64,000 bases of DNA from Gnetum montanum (taxonomy: Eukaryota; Plantae; Gnetophyta), in the NCBI GenBank assembly GCA_015680685.1, contig MNCI01000751.1, positions 731,314-795,313 on the forward strand. The letters are read 5' to 3'. This document shows positions 36,713-51,512 of this stretch, piece after piece. Position 1 is the stretch's first letter, and each line of letters opens with the position of its first letter. The notes below the pieces were generated by a model that did no database searches, was not told where the DNA came from, and saw only the letters and a list, made by a program, of their open reading frames with translations. A program made the position numbers and the translations under genes.

Positions 36713-37590
36713 TGATGAGTGGTGAGGTACCTATACACCCAACTATATGAATCACTAAGACATTCACATGCATCTAATTGAATTCTATGGATTTCTAGTG
36801 TTCTCATACATAGGATTCAATCTAGAAGGTGAATCTAATTGTGGAACAATTGTTGTCTTCCCAACTACACTTGTGAAGCTTAGTTTTATGGTTTAGTAAA
36901 ATTGAGGCACATGATTTTTATTATTTTATATTTTGTTCACCTAAGGTTGGTAATAAATTAAGAATAAATTAATTAACTAATTTAGTTACTAATTAATAAC
37001 TAAATATCCTAAGATAAGCATCTAGACCCACTTTCCGTACACATCTTGAACATGTCCAACATAACTAAACGACCAAGTGTTAAGTGCTACTAGGATAACC
37101 AAGTGTTATATGTATGCTTGAAGTGGTCGTGCTTATGTGTGCTATTCTATTTAGCTTAATTAATTACTTAAAGTATTAATTATTCTAGATTAATTAATCA
37201 CTTAATTAATGGAAATAATAAATGCATAAATAAATCATTAAGCTAGTCCAAGTGCTGCAAGGTTTATCAAAAAGCTTATCTCTATTGCCACACACACAGC
37301 AGTGCTCAAGTACAATAGTGCTTGAATAAAGATTCATACACTCCTTGACTCCTACTATGGGCACCTAGAAAATTATTATATCTCTTATGTAAATAAATTG
37401 GAAGAATTTTGCTAGCAACTAAAATTTTAACCCTCTATTAACATGGCTAGGACTCCATATTTATAGATCTGCTTTGGTGCCACATTGATGGGTACATGTC
37501 AACATGAAAAACCCTACGTCAACAGGATCTTGTTAATGGGGTCATGTTGATAGTAGCTCATTGATGCAACTAACTGAAGACATTGCATCA
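36713..37590 (-). repeat. E5 3' LTR (Athila-type)
   Basis: TGATGAGTGGTGAGGTAC...GCATCA followed by TACCCTCACAACTGAAT; the same ends and PPT as the E4 LTR. Confidence 0.82.
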
Positions 37591-37822
37591 TACCCTCACA
37601 ACTGAATGAAAACTCATCCTCAAGCTCTTTATAGAATTGGGAAGGTATTGGATTATTGACTAACACATGAAACAACAAAATGAAGTGCTTGGGTGTACGG
37701 ATCAACATTGATTATAAAATTGTAATTTTCATGACACAAAATTGAACACTAGAACATGAATGAACAAATTTGGATAACACATCCTTTGATAGCATGAATA
37801 TGGCTGAAAAGATGAGAGGGTC

Positions 37823-40507
37823 CTAGGTGGTGGAGGTTCCAAAGGACCTTCTCCTACTTTAGGTGCATGGAGTGGTTGAGGAAACTATGCCTGTCTTGCT
37901 ACAGTTTCCACTTTTGATGGAAGGTGAAAGGAATCCAACAATGCCTTCATCTTCTTCTTTTTACTCTGGGAATCATTTATAGTCCATGTGGAATTACCAA
38001 TGTTGGCTAGAATGGGGATATTCTATGGATAAGACAATACTAAGAATAGATCTTTGACATTGACAAACCAAGCAATGAATTACTTGTGTTTGATATTGAA
38101 TGCCCTAAGTGCATTCTGTAGCTCTTGGTAGTCATTAATTCTCTTGGCCAAGTTCTTAACAGTTGATCTTTAATTAGTGAACTTTGCCTTAAGAACCTCG
38201 AGTTCTATGTTTGTCACTACAAGCTTCTACTTGATGTCCTTGTGGTGCTTGAAATTTTTCTTGTACAACAAGTACAAGCTAATCACTTGTTTCTCCAATT
38301 TAGATCATGGTCGTTTGGCAGTTAGCATAGCTAGATTTGCATATCAAAGACTGGTAAGCTTTATGTATGTTGTCATCTTCGTAATTTTCAACTCCTTCAT
38401 GTGAATCTCCACCTTGTTGTAGGAATCCATCCCATCAATGATAGGTTGCCATACCCCTCTGCCTTATTGGAGTTGTTATAGGGTCTCATTTACTTTTACC
38501 TTTGCTAACTAGATATTTTTTTCATTAACTTCTTTTTGTAGAACAACCTGATCTCTATAGTGATTTTTGACTCTCTCAAATTTGAGAGCCTCTAATTTCC
38601 AAGTGGCTACTTTGATTATAGTATTTTCTCGAAGAGCATGGATCTCCTTCATGGAGAGATTTATAGTTTCTATTACCAATATCCTTGGCTTAGTGTTAAC
38701 TCTAGCTAGTTTCTCATGTTGTTGATGGATGAAATCTATCATTTACTATTTTTGTGCATCAACATTTCATAGGTGATTATTCTCTGTAGTCAAGTGTACA
38801 TTCTCCTAGTAGGTCTAATGCAAGGCCTTTTGAATTTTATGTTGAGTGGCCTCTACCAAGGATTGATAGAACACTATCTCCATTGCACTATCAACCCCTT
38901 TCAATCTTGCATGAAGCTATTCAAGAGTTTCATCCTTTGTCAATGCTAGGTGGAGGAATGCAAGGTCAACAATCTAGGCTCTTAGTTCTACAACCTTTGT
39001 AACTAAGCATTCATAGCTCTTTGACTATTTTGAGTTTCCCCACCAAAATGATGTTCTTGCCTCTTGCTTCTAGCATCTTTGACTATGCTATAATTATGTT
39101 GTCTAGAAGGTCAAAGATATCCAGAACTGATGCCCAGTTTGCACCAGTTGGTCTAGCAATTATTCATGTTGTGCTTTGCTCAACTTTTTGCTTACTATTC
39201 TTGTGGATGTCTACACATATTTATGTGTAGAGATGTTTGGTATAGATGTTTCAAGTGCATTTAATGTTTCAATAATTCTTCAATGATCACCTTCATTGCT
39301 ATCTCCTACCCTTGGTGCTACATCACCAAAACTATTACTTCCTCATCCTTATCTAAGTGCATTGAAATAGTAGAGGTGTTCCTAGAGATTTCTGGGAATT
39401 ACTACTATTTTGAGATGGATACCATTACCTCTCAAGTGCTAGGATTTGATCTTGTGAATAACTACATTCTTTGGGCTAAAAAGATTGGTCCACCTTCATC
39501 CATCTAGCTAATTTCTCAAGCCACTTTATTTAAGTGACTTATTATTGGTCGATACATAGATGGGTCGCCACCACTTATTCTTGCTTATTCTTCTTGCTCA
39601 CGCAAGAGCCATTCTCAAAGTTCATGCAACCATGGAGAAGTTACAGCGATGTCTAGCACTGTTTGCTAAGTGAATGATGCAAGTGGTGGTTGTTTCTCCT
39701 CTTCTTGGATGACTCTTGTAGAGACTTTATCCTTGATCATCTCTATTCAGTTAGAAGATGGAGCACATAAAACTTCATTATTTGTATAGTGGATTATTCC
39801 TTTCCTCTAACATAGTTTTCTGATCAAGTATGAAAAGGAGAGTTTCTTCCTTCCATGTTCATTTTCCTTGAAGAACATTTTTAGCTCAAGATAGATTAGC
39901 TATCGAAGGTTGATAGGGAATCTGTCACTTAGAGTAGCACACACATGGGTGGAGAAGGTAGTGATCCTACTTGGCCTCATTGTTGGATTAAGGTGAAAAT
40001 TTGTAATCTTGTAGTAAATTCTCTTTGTTAGTGTGATGCACTAAACTCTATATAGTCAAAAGCATAACACCACTGTATCTATTCTTTCTTGATGCTAGGG
40101 TTGTTCTACCCAAGTGCCTCTAAAATGGCCTACACTGAGTAGAACACTAAAATGTCATTGATCTTGATCGTTGAGCTTGCCTACCTATTATTATAGCATA
40201 AGAACATCTCTCCCATGTACCAATCCTTACGAGAAGTGATGATGGACCACATGGAAGAGATCTTTAGTTGATCTTGTACTTCTTGAGGTGCTTGCTCCAA
40301 GAAAGAGCTAGAATTTAAATCTTGGAGCACTATTTTCTAAACCTTCTTTTCTTGGATCTACTTAATATAAGCTTTAGAAAAGGTCACCTCAAGGTTTTCT
40401 TGTGGAGCTAGTGTCTCATCCCAGTTGAATTTCTTTGTTGCTACTACTTGTTCTGGAAGTTGATAAACAAATTCTACTTTGGGTTCCTCCCTAAAATATG
40501 CCCTCAT
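37823..40507 (-). pseudogene. E5 Athila env-like/accessory ORF (heavily decayed)
   Basis: FPINLR*LIYLELKMFFKENEHGRKKLSFSYLIRKLC (~39810-39920) matches E4 KSGKMALPFPYLIRKLC; long coiled-coil C-terminus. Confidence 0.72.
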
Positions 40508-43500
40508 CAAGATCTCAATAACTACTAGAAAAAGGTAAAATAACACCTTAGAACTAAGTTCTAGAAATGATTATTATTAAGACATTACAAATGAATATTA
40601 AATCTTTTGCATGGTCTTAAAATGACATGACAAGATTAGATCCATAAATTATTCAAGATAAGATAGTATTAGATCCTAAGATTAAGCTAGTTAAGCAAAA
40701 ATTTTATAAAGTATACCCTAACTTAGCCCTAGAAATTTGTGAAGAAATTAAGAAGCTTTATCAAGATAGTTTTATTAGAGGAATAGATTACACAGATTAA
40801 GTGTCTGCCATTTTTCTAAAACCCAAGAAAATGGGAGCATTTTCATATGCATAGATTTTCATGACCTTAACAACCCAATAAATAAAGATGACTTTCCATT
40901 ACCAAGTGTTGAACAACGTGTAGATACAATAATCAACCATGCATTACTATTCTTTCCAGTTAATTTTTTTAATGTATAATAAAATCAAAATTAACTTGGA
41001 ATATCAGTTATACATAGCTTTCATGACACCTTGGGGAACCTTACCTTCTATTATACAATGATGTCTTTTGAATTAAATAACATTGGAACCACATATCAAC
41101 AAGCAATGACATATATCTTTAACGAGCTCATGCTTAATGTTGTGAACAATTATGTAGATGACATAGTAGTAAAATCAAAAATTGTCAACAATCATGCTCA
41201 AGATTCATGTACTATCCTTCAATATTATCTCATGTATAAACTTTATAAACTTTAGTTAAATCCAAAGAAATGCATCTTTGATATTGAAACTAGAAAAATT
41301 CTTGGCTTTGTAGTCTCAAAAGTAAGAATATGTGGTAACCCAAATAAGTTCAAAGCCATAATCAACATGCCTATATTTTCTAATATTAAAGAGTTGCAAT
41401 GATTACAAGGAAGGTTGCAATTCATTAATAGATTCATTTCTAGACTAAGTAAGAAACTTCAACCTATGTATCACTTACTAAAAAATGGGTGTCAAGTTCA
41501 ACTGGAACAATAATTACCAAGTTGTCTTTGATGACATCAAGCAAGAAGTAGATCAACTCCCAATAATGTATCCACCAAATAAGAATAAGTGATTTTACAT
41601 CTACCTAGAAACCTTTGATACATCTATATCTTCTTTAATTTTTCAAAAGCAAAATGATGAAGGAGAGACACCTATCTATTACCTCAGTCATGACCTTGTA
41701 GCTTATGAAACCAAATACAGTAAAGTTAATGGGAGTTACCTACTAGTAGTCTATTCTCTTAAGAAGTGATGACACTACCATTTTTGAGCACAAGTAAACA
41801 TAATTGTTAAAGACAATGTGTTAAGAGCTATTACTTCTAACATATATGAAAATAGTAGAATCACTTGATGGAAATCCAAAGTAGTTGCATGTGATTTACA
41901 TTTCATTTTACAAACTATAACTAAAAGGTAAGCTATTGTGACCCAAATTGTAGTACTCCCTACAAAAGATAATGTCATAATAAAACCCAAGTTTCCATAT
42001 GAACATATCAATGCTACTGAGAATGTACCTAAAGAATACAAAGAGATACTCAACTTTGATGAGGCCTCCAACATACATGGGGCTAGTTTTGTAGCCATAC
42101 ACATCCTTGATAGAGATGACATTCAAACTTTAGTATTTTACTTTCACTTTCCATGTACCAATAATATGTCTAAATATGAAAGGATTATATGTGGGCTTAT
42201 GATATCTCGTAAAAAAAAGATTACATGGTTGATTATCAAAGGTGATTCTCAACATATTATCAACCAAATAACCAATGTCTATGCTTGTAAAGTTGAACAT
42301 CTGCAACCTTATTATAACTTGGCCATAAAAGTGATTAAAACCTTTGAAGATATTGATGTCCAACATGATTCTTACAATGAAAACACATTAGTAGATGTCA
42401 TAGCTACTTTGGCACTAACAATGACACATGGAATACTATGTAAGTTACCATCAATGATAACAACTTATACTCAACCTATAACACAAGAAAACCAAGAGAT
42501 GCTTATAGTCAGTATAGACAGTGATTCCCAACCAAAGTGGATCGATGATATTAAGTACTATTTGTTACAGCGTGAACCTCCTCAACATTTGAATTCAATA
42601 AAAAAGAATGTTATGTGTAGGAAAGCTAAGAAATATGCTATTATATCCAATAATATTATGTCAAAAATCATATGATGGCATATTGTTAGTTTGCCTTAGA
42701 AAAGAAAAATCTCAAATGGTACTACAATAAGTACATGAAAGTTTGTGTGGAGGACATATAGGACCTAGAGTCATAACCATAAAGATTAGGCATTTAGGGA
42801 ACTATTGTCCTTACATGCAACATGATTGCACATAAAAGATAAAAACTTATAATATTTGTCAACAACATAGAAACCTTATATATGTTCCACTAATGGAGTT
42901 ACATGCAACAAAGATAACCTAGCCTTTATAATAATGGGATCTTGAAATAATTGGATTAATAATACCAAAATCATCTACAATTCATAGTTTCATCATTATT
43001 GGCATAAAGTGCTTTACAAAATTAGTAGAAGCCATCCTATTGAGAGAGACAACACCCCACCAAGTTTGTTGATTTATCCTCAATAACATTGTTTTATGAT
43101 GTGAACTATTGTTACCCATAGTTATAGATAATGGGTATTAATTTAGTAGTGATGAAAGGAAAGCTTTTGTAAATAATTATGTATTTATCATTCTTTTTCC
43201 ACACCATATTACACACAAGCCAATGGTCAAGCAAAAGCTAGCAACAAAACTATAATCAATATTCTTACAAAAATGATAATCAATAACAAGCACAAATGGC
43301 ATGAATAGCTATTATTTGAATTATGGGCATATAGGAAAACTTTCCACACTGTAACTAGAATTACATCTTACATTCTTGTATAGCAATCTTACCCCTAGAA
43401 TTACAAATCTCATCCCTAAGAGTAGCCTCATTTCACCACATCAACGAAGATTAAAACAATGCACAATGCATCATCAACCTTGACTTGGTGAAGGAGCATT

Positions 43501-43765
43501 TCTTGTAAACACTCATTGACATTGAACACTACAAGAAAAATAAGAGGTAGTGACATCACTTTAACTCAAATTAGCAAAGAATTAGGGAAGGTAACCTAGT
43601 TCTAAAAGTTATTTATGAACATGTTGACAAGTTAGCATCAAATTGGAAGGGGTCATTTCTGGTCACTAAGACCTTTAATAATGATGTATTCAAAATCACT
43701 AACATGGATGGAAACAAGCTATCAAATCCAATTAACCACTCAAATTTAAAGTTGTATTATATCTA
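40503..43765 (+). pseudogene. pol: E8: 5'-truncated Tat-type pol (RT-RH-aRH-INT)
   Basis: SFAWS*NDMTRLDP, KDDFPLP, YVDD (41151-41162). aRH LNFDEAS...TNNMSKYE...IKGDS. INT VHESLCGGH, DNG, QANGQAKASNK, NWKGSF...KLYYI*. Confidence 0.9.
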
Positions 43766-44571
43766 ACACTAGCCTTATTCCTTTGGTTTTCATTTATATT
43801 TCTATCAATAAGTCAAACTAGATATAGAATAAATGATCACATCTCGTTATTCAACCACAAACAAGTGAATGAATGTATCTCTACTAGCATCATCTCCACT
43901 TTGTATTCTCTTTCAAAATGACCAAAAGATACTATAAACATTATGAAATCTATTAAGTATGTATGCTTATGAAGCTTTGGATATTTCTCTAGTGCTAGCA
44001 CCTTCATTATCATCCATAAGTACATGTTTTAAACATGGACATTTCTTAGTCTATATTTCCATCTCTTTGCATCTGTACATGCAAGTAACGTTTTTGAGGT
44101 GGCTCATTAGTTTCTTCCTAGTTATGTTGATAGGTCATTTTAGAAGGTTTCGCAAAGATTCCATTCATCGAAGCATCAAGTTGCCTTGAAGCTTCATTAT
44201 ATCTTACTTTTCTCAATTTTTTGACCATATTGACTAGAGTTTCCCTTTCCTATCTCCTCTCTTGATAGTATTCATGATCACGTTATTGGTCATTGGATTT
44301 TCCTTTACCTAACAATTCTCCTACTCAATCTTGTTCATGTTGATTACTAATCCTAGGCCACATGATGACAACAACTACTTATGTCTAAATATTCAACATT
44401 ATCATGATGATACTTAATGTTCCAAAAGTCTAGTATCAATAAATCTACTACAAGATGTTTGCAAGCATTATAAAAGTATCATTACTCATTCACACAAAGA
44501 GAGAGAGAAAAGAAGAAGAAGAAGAAGAAGAGGAAGAGTAATCACCATGAAGTTCAACAAAAGTTGGACTA

Positions 44572-46028
44572 TAAGTATCATAAAATAGATGTCAATTTTA
44601 TCACAATGGATCATTGTTTCCAAAAAGGTAACTAATTTGCAAATTATAATTAATTATTATGGTTACTAATAAAAAAGTTCATCGGCACATCATTTGATAT
44701 CATGTCGTGGTTAGACCTCTGTGGGGTCAAACTCATAATTTTCATCTCTTTCATGATGAAAACCTTTTCCACACACCTCATTAATCCTTGTTCTTAGCCT
44801 TACATCCCCTCTCTCAACATGGTTCAATATCTATGAAATTAAGTGTGGTGTGGAAGCATCTGCGACAAACCTACAACAATGTTTTTGTATTTTTTGTTGA
44901 TATTGTTCAAGATAGATATCAAAACACTAAAAATGAAAGGTCCATGAAACATCCCAAAAAGTTCATTTATAACTCAAAAAATGAAGGACTTCTTTATGTG
45001 ATTTTTTTGTAATTATGAAACTAGAAAATAGGCATTAAAGTAACCCTATAACTCCTTTAGAAATTTCTTTCATGGCCTATCTTTTTTGTTCAAAGTCTTC
45101 TAAATATAACTCTTGAGAAAAATGTAAAATTTCTAGCATGAATTTGGTCCATCATATTTTGTGTTCATAGTGTATTTTGTAAAATATGCTAGAGATCATG
45201 TTGCAAAAAGTCAATGCTAGAAAAGATAGGGTTTTCCAACATACTGCTTAACTATCTTAGTGTTAAAATAGCATGTTCCATGCCTATAAAAGGAAAAAAT
45301 AACACTTGACTAAGAACGTTTTTGGCACTTTCAAGCATTAAGAAAACTTTAAAACCTTATGCATAGAGAGAAACATAAATCAATAGTGGCAACCTCTAAT
45401 CTTGATCTACTTCAATCCGTAACCTAGCATAGTCTCTCTCCTTCTTCCCCATAAGGGAGTCTTGAACCAACCATACTAGTAATAGGATTTTCATAGAGTG
45501 CAAGCCTCCTAGAAGCAAGATCTTAAGATAAGTTAGAAAATCTCATGTGTGGAACATTTCTTCCTCCATTTTTATGAATAGATCTAACCCGAAGCTAGCG
45601 AGCATCCAACAAACTTCTGTAACCAAAGTAGCCCTAAAGCCTTCCCCCTTTGCAACTAAGAACCTATAATTCCTTGGGTCCTGTATGCCAAGATCTATAC
45701 TTTCTAAAATTATTTATACATTCTAATATAGGCTTATGATAGTTTTTAGTTATCTTTCTTATGTTTCCATGTTTACATTTTTCATATTTTTATTATCAAA
45801 AATCTACCAAATCCTATGAGTCTACTTCATTTACACACACTTTTCCTTTCCATTTATGTGTGTCACATTTGTTATTGGATCATAAGTCCTTAGGTGATCG
45901 ATATTCCCTACAAGATGATCTAAGACATCCCAAATATACTTTTTAGACCTACATAATTAGGAATGAAAACTATTCTACTTATAGAAATCTTTAGTCATCT
46001 AGCATCTAATTTTTTTCATTGCTACACA
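44572..46028 (+). repeat. Candidate 3' LTR of E8
   Basis: Degenerate PPT CAACAAAAGTTGGACTA at ~44555-44571, CCTATAAAAGG at ~45283, and an end ...CACA weakly resembling E1/E2 LTR ends. No second copy is available to confirm. Confidence 0.4.
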
Positions 46029-47322
46029 ACCTTGCACTTATTATTGTAAGTGCATACCACTATTTTATCCAAGATGGATGACATATGAAATATTTTTTAT
46101 ATCATTTACACATGTGTCTTTAGGTTCCACCCCTCCCTACCAAAAACTAAGCATGGTTAAGATGGTCATGAAATGTACCATGAATGGGTCACATTAACTA
46201 ATGTAGATTAGTTTATGATTTTTTTGAAGAAAGAAAGGAAAGGATATGGGATTGAGATGATTTGATGACTTTTGAAGATGTCATCCTTAAATTCATTATT
46301 TTAGCACAATACTATTAGGACTATGTAATAAGAATAATGTTATAAAGAGAAAATAAAACCATCAAACAAACACATTTAATATGTTATTGGAAAGGAATTT
46401 TCCCATTTCTAAAGGTAAATATTTATCAATTAGGGGAGTTATTTAATTAACATTTCTAAATAATATTTTTTTGCTACTAGAAGGGCATGTGATCCATGTC
46501 CAAAAGTAGACCTTTGTCAAGAAAATTTCTTAGACCTAATTGTAGCATGTAGTTGAAAATGCATGTGACCCATGTTTGAAGATGTTCCAAAATTCAATAA
46601 TCTAAGATAACATTTGAATCAATTTAATCCTAAGTTGATATACTTCATGTTATTTCCATTGATAAGAGAAGGTCAATTAGAGAGGAAGTTTTAGATCAAA
46701 AAATAAATAAATAATAATATTAAAAATTTAAAGTACATAATTCACCAAAGAGAGTCTAAAGAAAAAGCCCAATATTTTTTGGAATTCTTTTTCAAGCTTT
46801 CATACTTACAACCAATCCTAAAAAACCTTCTCTCTAGGATAAGAAAAGGATTAAACCTTGTCCTTATTCAAAAGTATCCTCAAGAGTTTCCATTTATTAA
46901 AGTATTTTTTACTAAGCAAAGGAGAAAAATCTCTAAAGAAAAAAGAATACATTAGTCAAAGATAAAAAAATAAATAGCAACAAAATTTGAAAGCTTTCCA
47001 TCCCTGAGCCTTCAAAATAAAGGAAATTAATATTGTAAAAAATAAATTAATTGTTCAACTTTCACAAGAAGGTTTTTTTCTTAAATTTATAGCTTAAAGG
47101 AACATCTTTGAGAATATAATATTTGACACTTGAAGAAAGGTCATAGTTATGTTCTTGCTATTGGAAAATAACTACATAGTGAAGCTTCCAAATAAGGTAG
47201 AAAATAAGAAGTCAAACATAATTCCACAAAGAAATGAAGTACAAAAAGTAGGTTGATCACCAAGAATGACTTCATTAATGCTTGGTTGAAAGTTTTACAA
47301 ATCCTAGATACCCAATTCCAAG

Positions 47323-48262
47323 TGATGAGTGGCGAGGTACCCCTACACTCAACCATAAAAAATGAGTGTCGCACGCACGATCCAGTCGAACTCCGCAGAT
47401 GGACTAGTTGTGGCACCTAGATAGTTATCCTTAGGTTGCAGTTTGCTGTCTTCCCACCTAGACTAGTATTGCATTTGTCACGTATGGTTTAGTCAAAATG
47501 AGGTGTATGATGTGTTCCTAATTCTATGCTACTCCTAAAGGCAGTGGAAAATAATATTAACTAATCTAAGCTAGGAGGAAAAGGGTAAGAAAATCTAATC
47601 TAGCCTAAGTGCGATGAGCAATCGATTCCTTGATCAACCGTACACATCTTGGACTTCGTGCACGACTACCACTAGGACTATGAAGCATAGATCCTAGGTA
47701 CACCACTGGGATTACCAAGCATAGATCCCAAATACGCCACTGGGTTACCAAGCGTAGATCCTGGCTACACCACTGGGCTACCAAGAAGTCACACTTAAAT
47801 GCTCATAATCAAGTCGTACTCATTCCGTGTTCTAGGAGTTTAAGGGTGAGAGAGAGAAAATAGTAAATAATATTAAATAAATAATAAATAAATAAATAAC
47901 AAAGTGAATGCTGCAATGATGAAGTAATCTTGATCTTTATTGCCGATCATGTGCATGTCCAAGTACAGCACACTTGAATAAAGACACTGTACAATTACAT
48001 TCACCACACTGCAGGCAAACACGGGAAAAAATATAACTCTGGAGGGATCAAACTGCTAGAGCTTTGCTACTCTAAAACTGGGATCCTTAACAAGGGAGAG
48101 TTACATCTTTTTTATAGATATGGTGGCAGACTGTGCTATCGCATACACGAGATCGTAGGGAAGACGTGATATCACATATGCGATATCACGAGGGATGCGA
48201 TATCATGGCAAACACGATATCGCATACGCGATATTGTGGCCTATGCGAATCGCATCTCATCA
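47323..48262 (-). repeat. E4 3' LTR with 7-bp inverted termini TGATGAG...CTCATCA
   Basis: Contains four ~34-bp subrepeats (47670-47785) and a CpG-rich GCGATATCGC repeat block (48133-48258). Confidence 0.92.
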
Positions 48263-48430
48263 TACCCCCACAACTGAATAAAAACTCGTCCTCGAGTTAC
48301 AAGGAGAACAAGCTTCATTAATTACACAGTGGATAGGTATGGGATTATTAACTGGAAAAAGAAATGGACTAATGTCGCAGTGTGGGAAGACACAACACAG
48401 AGAAAAAATACAACTACAAAAATGTGGAAC

Positions 48431-51054
48431 TCATGTAGTTCCTGGTGGTGGTGGCTCCTCCATGGGTGCTTTTCCCTTGTCACGTGCTCCAATCTTGGAA
48501 GGTTGACGATGTTGAAGAATGGCCTAGAGCTTCTCCTTCTTCAGTCCAAGGATCTTATGCCATCCATGCTAATGTTCCGATGTTTGCTGGTGTCGGCACC
48601 TCCCACGAATAGGGTAGTTGCAGGAACATCTGATTAGCTTTGACATACCATGCCATGAACACCTGTCGTTCCTCTTCATAGGCTCTGGCCTTGTCTTTAA
48701 ATTCATGAAGCTCTATTATCCATCGAGCCAAGTTAGTTGCAACATCTTTTTGTCCTTGGCAGCTTTCTTTTACCACACAAGTTTAGAATTTGTGACATCT
48801 AGTTTCTCAGCCAGCTTCTTACACTCTGCAAATTCTACTTCATATTTGATATGGGTGGAAGCTACCTGCTGCTCGAGCTCTAACCTCGGGCGTCTTGCTA
48901 TTAACATGGCCAAGTTGGGATATCTAAGGTTTGCCAACTCCATGTACTTTGTTAGGTCTTGGATCTGTAGGTCCCAGTTCTTAATTTCCGCGTGGTGGAC
49001 GAAGGCGTAACTGTCCAATATGGCCCTCCAATCAGTGTGCTGAGCACTAATATTATTGATTTGAGCCTTGGCCATATGGATCTCCTTCTCCAAGATTTGT
49101 TTTTACATCCCTACCTGATCATGAAAATGCTCCTTCAGCTTTTCGTGTCATTTAGCCTCATTTTTCCATGCGCTAATCTCGATGGTTGATTTTTGTTGAA
49201 CAACGCATACCTCCTCCATTGAGAGGGTTCAATTTTCTCTAGCTAAACAACTTACATCTCGGTTGACCTAAATGAACTATTCTTGTAACTGATGAAAGTG
49301 TTCATCAAGAACGTTCTTTTGTTTCTCCACAGAAGTCAACCGAAGGTTATCAACAAGCAACTGCTTGTTCTCTTCTTCTAAGGCCCTAAGTACCTTAAGA
49401 TGCGTATGAGTTTACGCTTGAGTTGCGGAGGCATCCTAAGTGGCCGTCTCCTTTTCTTCTGCCACCTTCTTATTTTTTGCAATTAGCTTTGTTAATTGCT
49501 TGGTTCTAAAATCTTCCAGCTAGTCTGCAGGAACAAATTGCAAAGGATCCTGTTGTGCTGCTTGTAAGGCTACGAGCTGCTCTTGTAGTTTCTTCACTTT
49601 AGCTTCAGCATGCTCTGCCCTTACTTCAAATATGACCAAATTCCTCTTTGTGGAAATGAGGTCTAATTCAATTGCTGTTACATCTTGGGGGATGTCAAAC
49701 AGATATGTCAAAACTTGTCCTATTTGAAGCAATCTGTCCAATGCATCCTCATGTTTTGCAAGAGTCATTGAGGTTCTGGCAAGAGTTTGAGCATCCCATG
49801 CTCCTAAAAGATCTACTGGTGGCACAATAGGTACATCGAAAGATTCTTTAATGTGGTCAGCAACCACTTTAGCAACTTTCATGACATCCTAGTATTGCAT
49901 GACCACCACAGTGACCCCTTCACCAATCTCTAACTGCACTTGAAAAGATGTCATGTTTCCTAAGATCTGTTGTCACCATCTACTTTCCCCTCCTCTTGTT
50001 TGAATTGATAATTCTCCTCTTGTGTGATCTAACGAAATAGTAGGTTGGTCGACATCATCGATGACATGGAAGAGATTTGTGTCATCATGACTTCCCCAAC
50101 TAACCATCCCAGCGATGGTCCTAAGATGGCTCATCGATAGTCTGTAGTCTTGCGGCTACAGCAGCTGATCCTAGCTTGTGCTGGGTCCTGCTTCTTATTA
50201 TTGGTTGGGACCTATGGCTAGAGGTTGGTTGGGTCCTGCAAGTTGAGTTGCAAGTGTTCCATTTATCTTTTCTTCTTCTTCATCTGGTCCTAGCTCTTTG
50301 CTAGTGCTCTTTCTTGGAGTTGGCACCTTTAATAATTCAGCATAAGAAGCATTTTGGGCATTTCGAAGGACATCATTTATGTATCCCTGAATACCAGTCC
50401 GTCAGCACAGTTTTCTGATAAGGTAGGGAAAAGGCAACGCCATCTTCCCTGACTTCCGTTCTTCAAATCGCCTTNNNNNNNNNNNNNNNNNNNNNNNNNN
50501 NNNNNNNNNNNNNNNNNNNNNNNNNNNNNNNNNNNNNNNNNNNNNNNNNNNNNNNNNNNNNNNNNNNNNNNNNNNNNNNNNNNNNNNNNNNNNNNNNNNN
50601 NNNNNNNNNNNNNNNNNNNNNNNNNNNNNNNNNNNNNNNNNNNNNNNNNNNNNNNNNNNNNNNNNNNNNNNNNNNNNNNNNNNNNNNNNNNNNNNNNNNN
50701 NNNNNNNNNNNNNNNNNNNNNNNNNNNNNNNNNNNNNNNNNNNNNNNNNNNNNNNNNNNNNNNNNNNAAAGGTTCAAAGTTAAGCTCCACGATCATCGCA
50801 GCAATTGTGGACTTCGTATGGATAGCCTGAACACATTCCGGGGGCAACGTGAGTTGTTGTCCCAGTTTAGGCGCAGTAGCAGCTCCTCTTTCTGCCTGCC
50901 CAGACCATCCTGTAGGAGGTTCTTCTTCATGGATTCTAAATGATTGCACCTCCTATTCTGCATGTTGTCTAGTAGGGACTCGTCTTCCACCTCTCCGAGG
51001 TTGTTTCACTTCACCTTGAGCAGGACCCTCTCGATGAGCACGTTTCGGGGCCAT
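48431..51054 (-). pseudogene. E4 env-like/accessory ORF (MAPKR...), few stops
   Basis: ATG at 51052-51054 directly after acceptor TTGTAG with branch ACTAAC (51076-51081). ORF-track pieces 50377-50949, 49520-49882, 48770-49093 and 48555-48776; coiled-coil C-terminus. Confidence 0.8.
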
Positions 51055-51512
51055 CTACAATCACACAGGTCAAACGTTAGTAAGGTTGTTTTCAAAGTTA
51101 AGTTATACCTTACTACATGCCTTTAATTAAAGATCTTATGTTATCATGTGATTGTGCCCAAAAATTATAATAATGTGTCCTATGACTTAGGTGGATTTCA
51201 TTTTAGTCTCCCTATATACTTAAGGTCATATGATTTTTGGCACAATTTTTCTAAGTGTTAGTATTAATTACCCTAATTGATGTCCTTTGGATGATGATAA
51301 ATTTCTAAAAAATTTAGGCACTTTTCGGCAAGTGTCCCTCCCCCACAACTAAACTGAACGCTTCAGGTTCAAACGGAATTAAAATCGGAGCACCAGCGCA
51401 TGAAATATGAGTGAAAAAGCAAGGTTCACGCAATCGCAAGTCGTAGAGAAAAAGTTCAAAAATTCCCCCCTACGTAAATGGCAAAAAGATGTTAAGTGTT
51501 GTGGCAGGGGTT

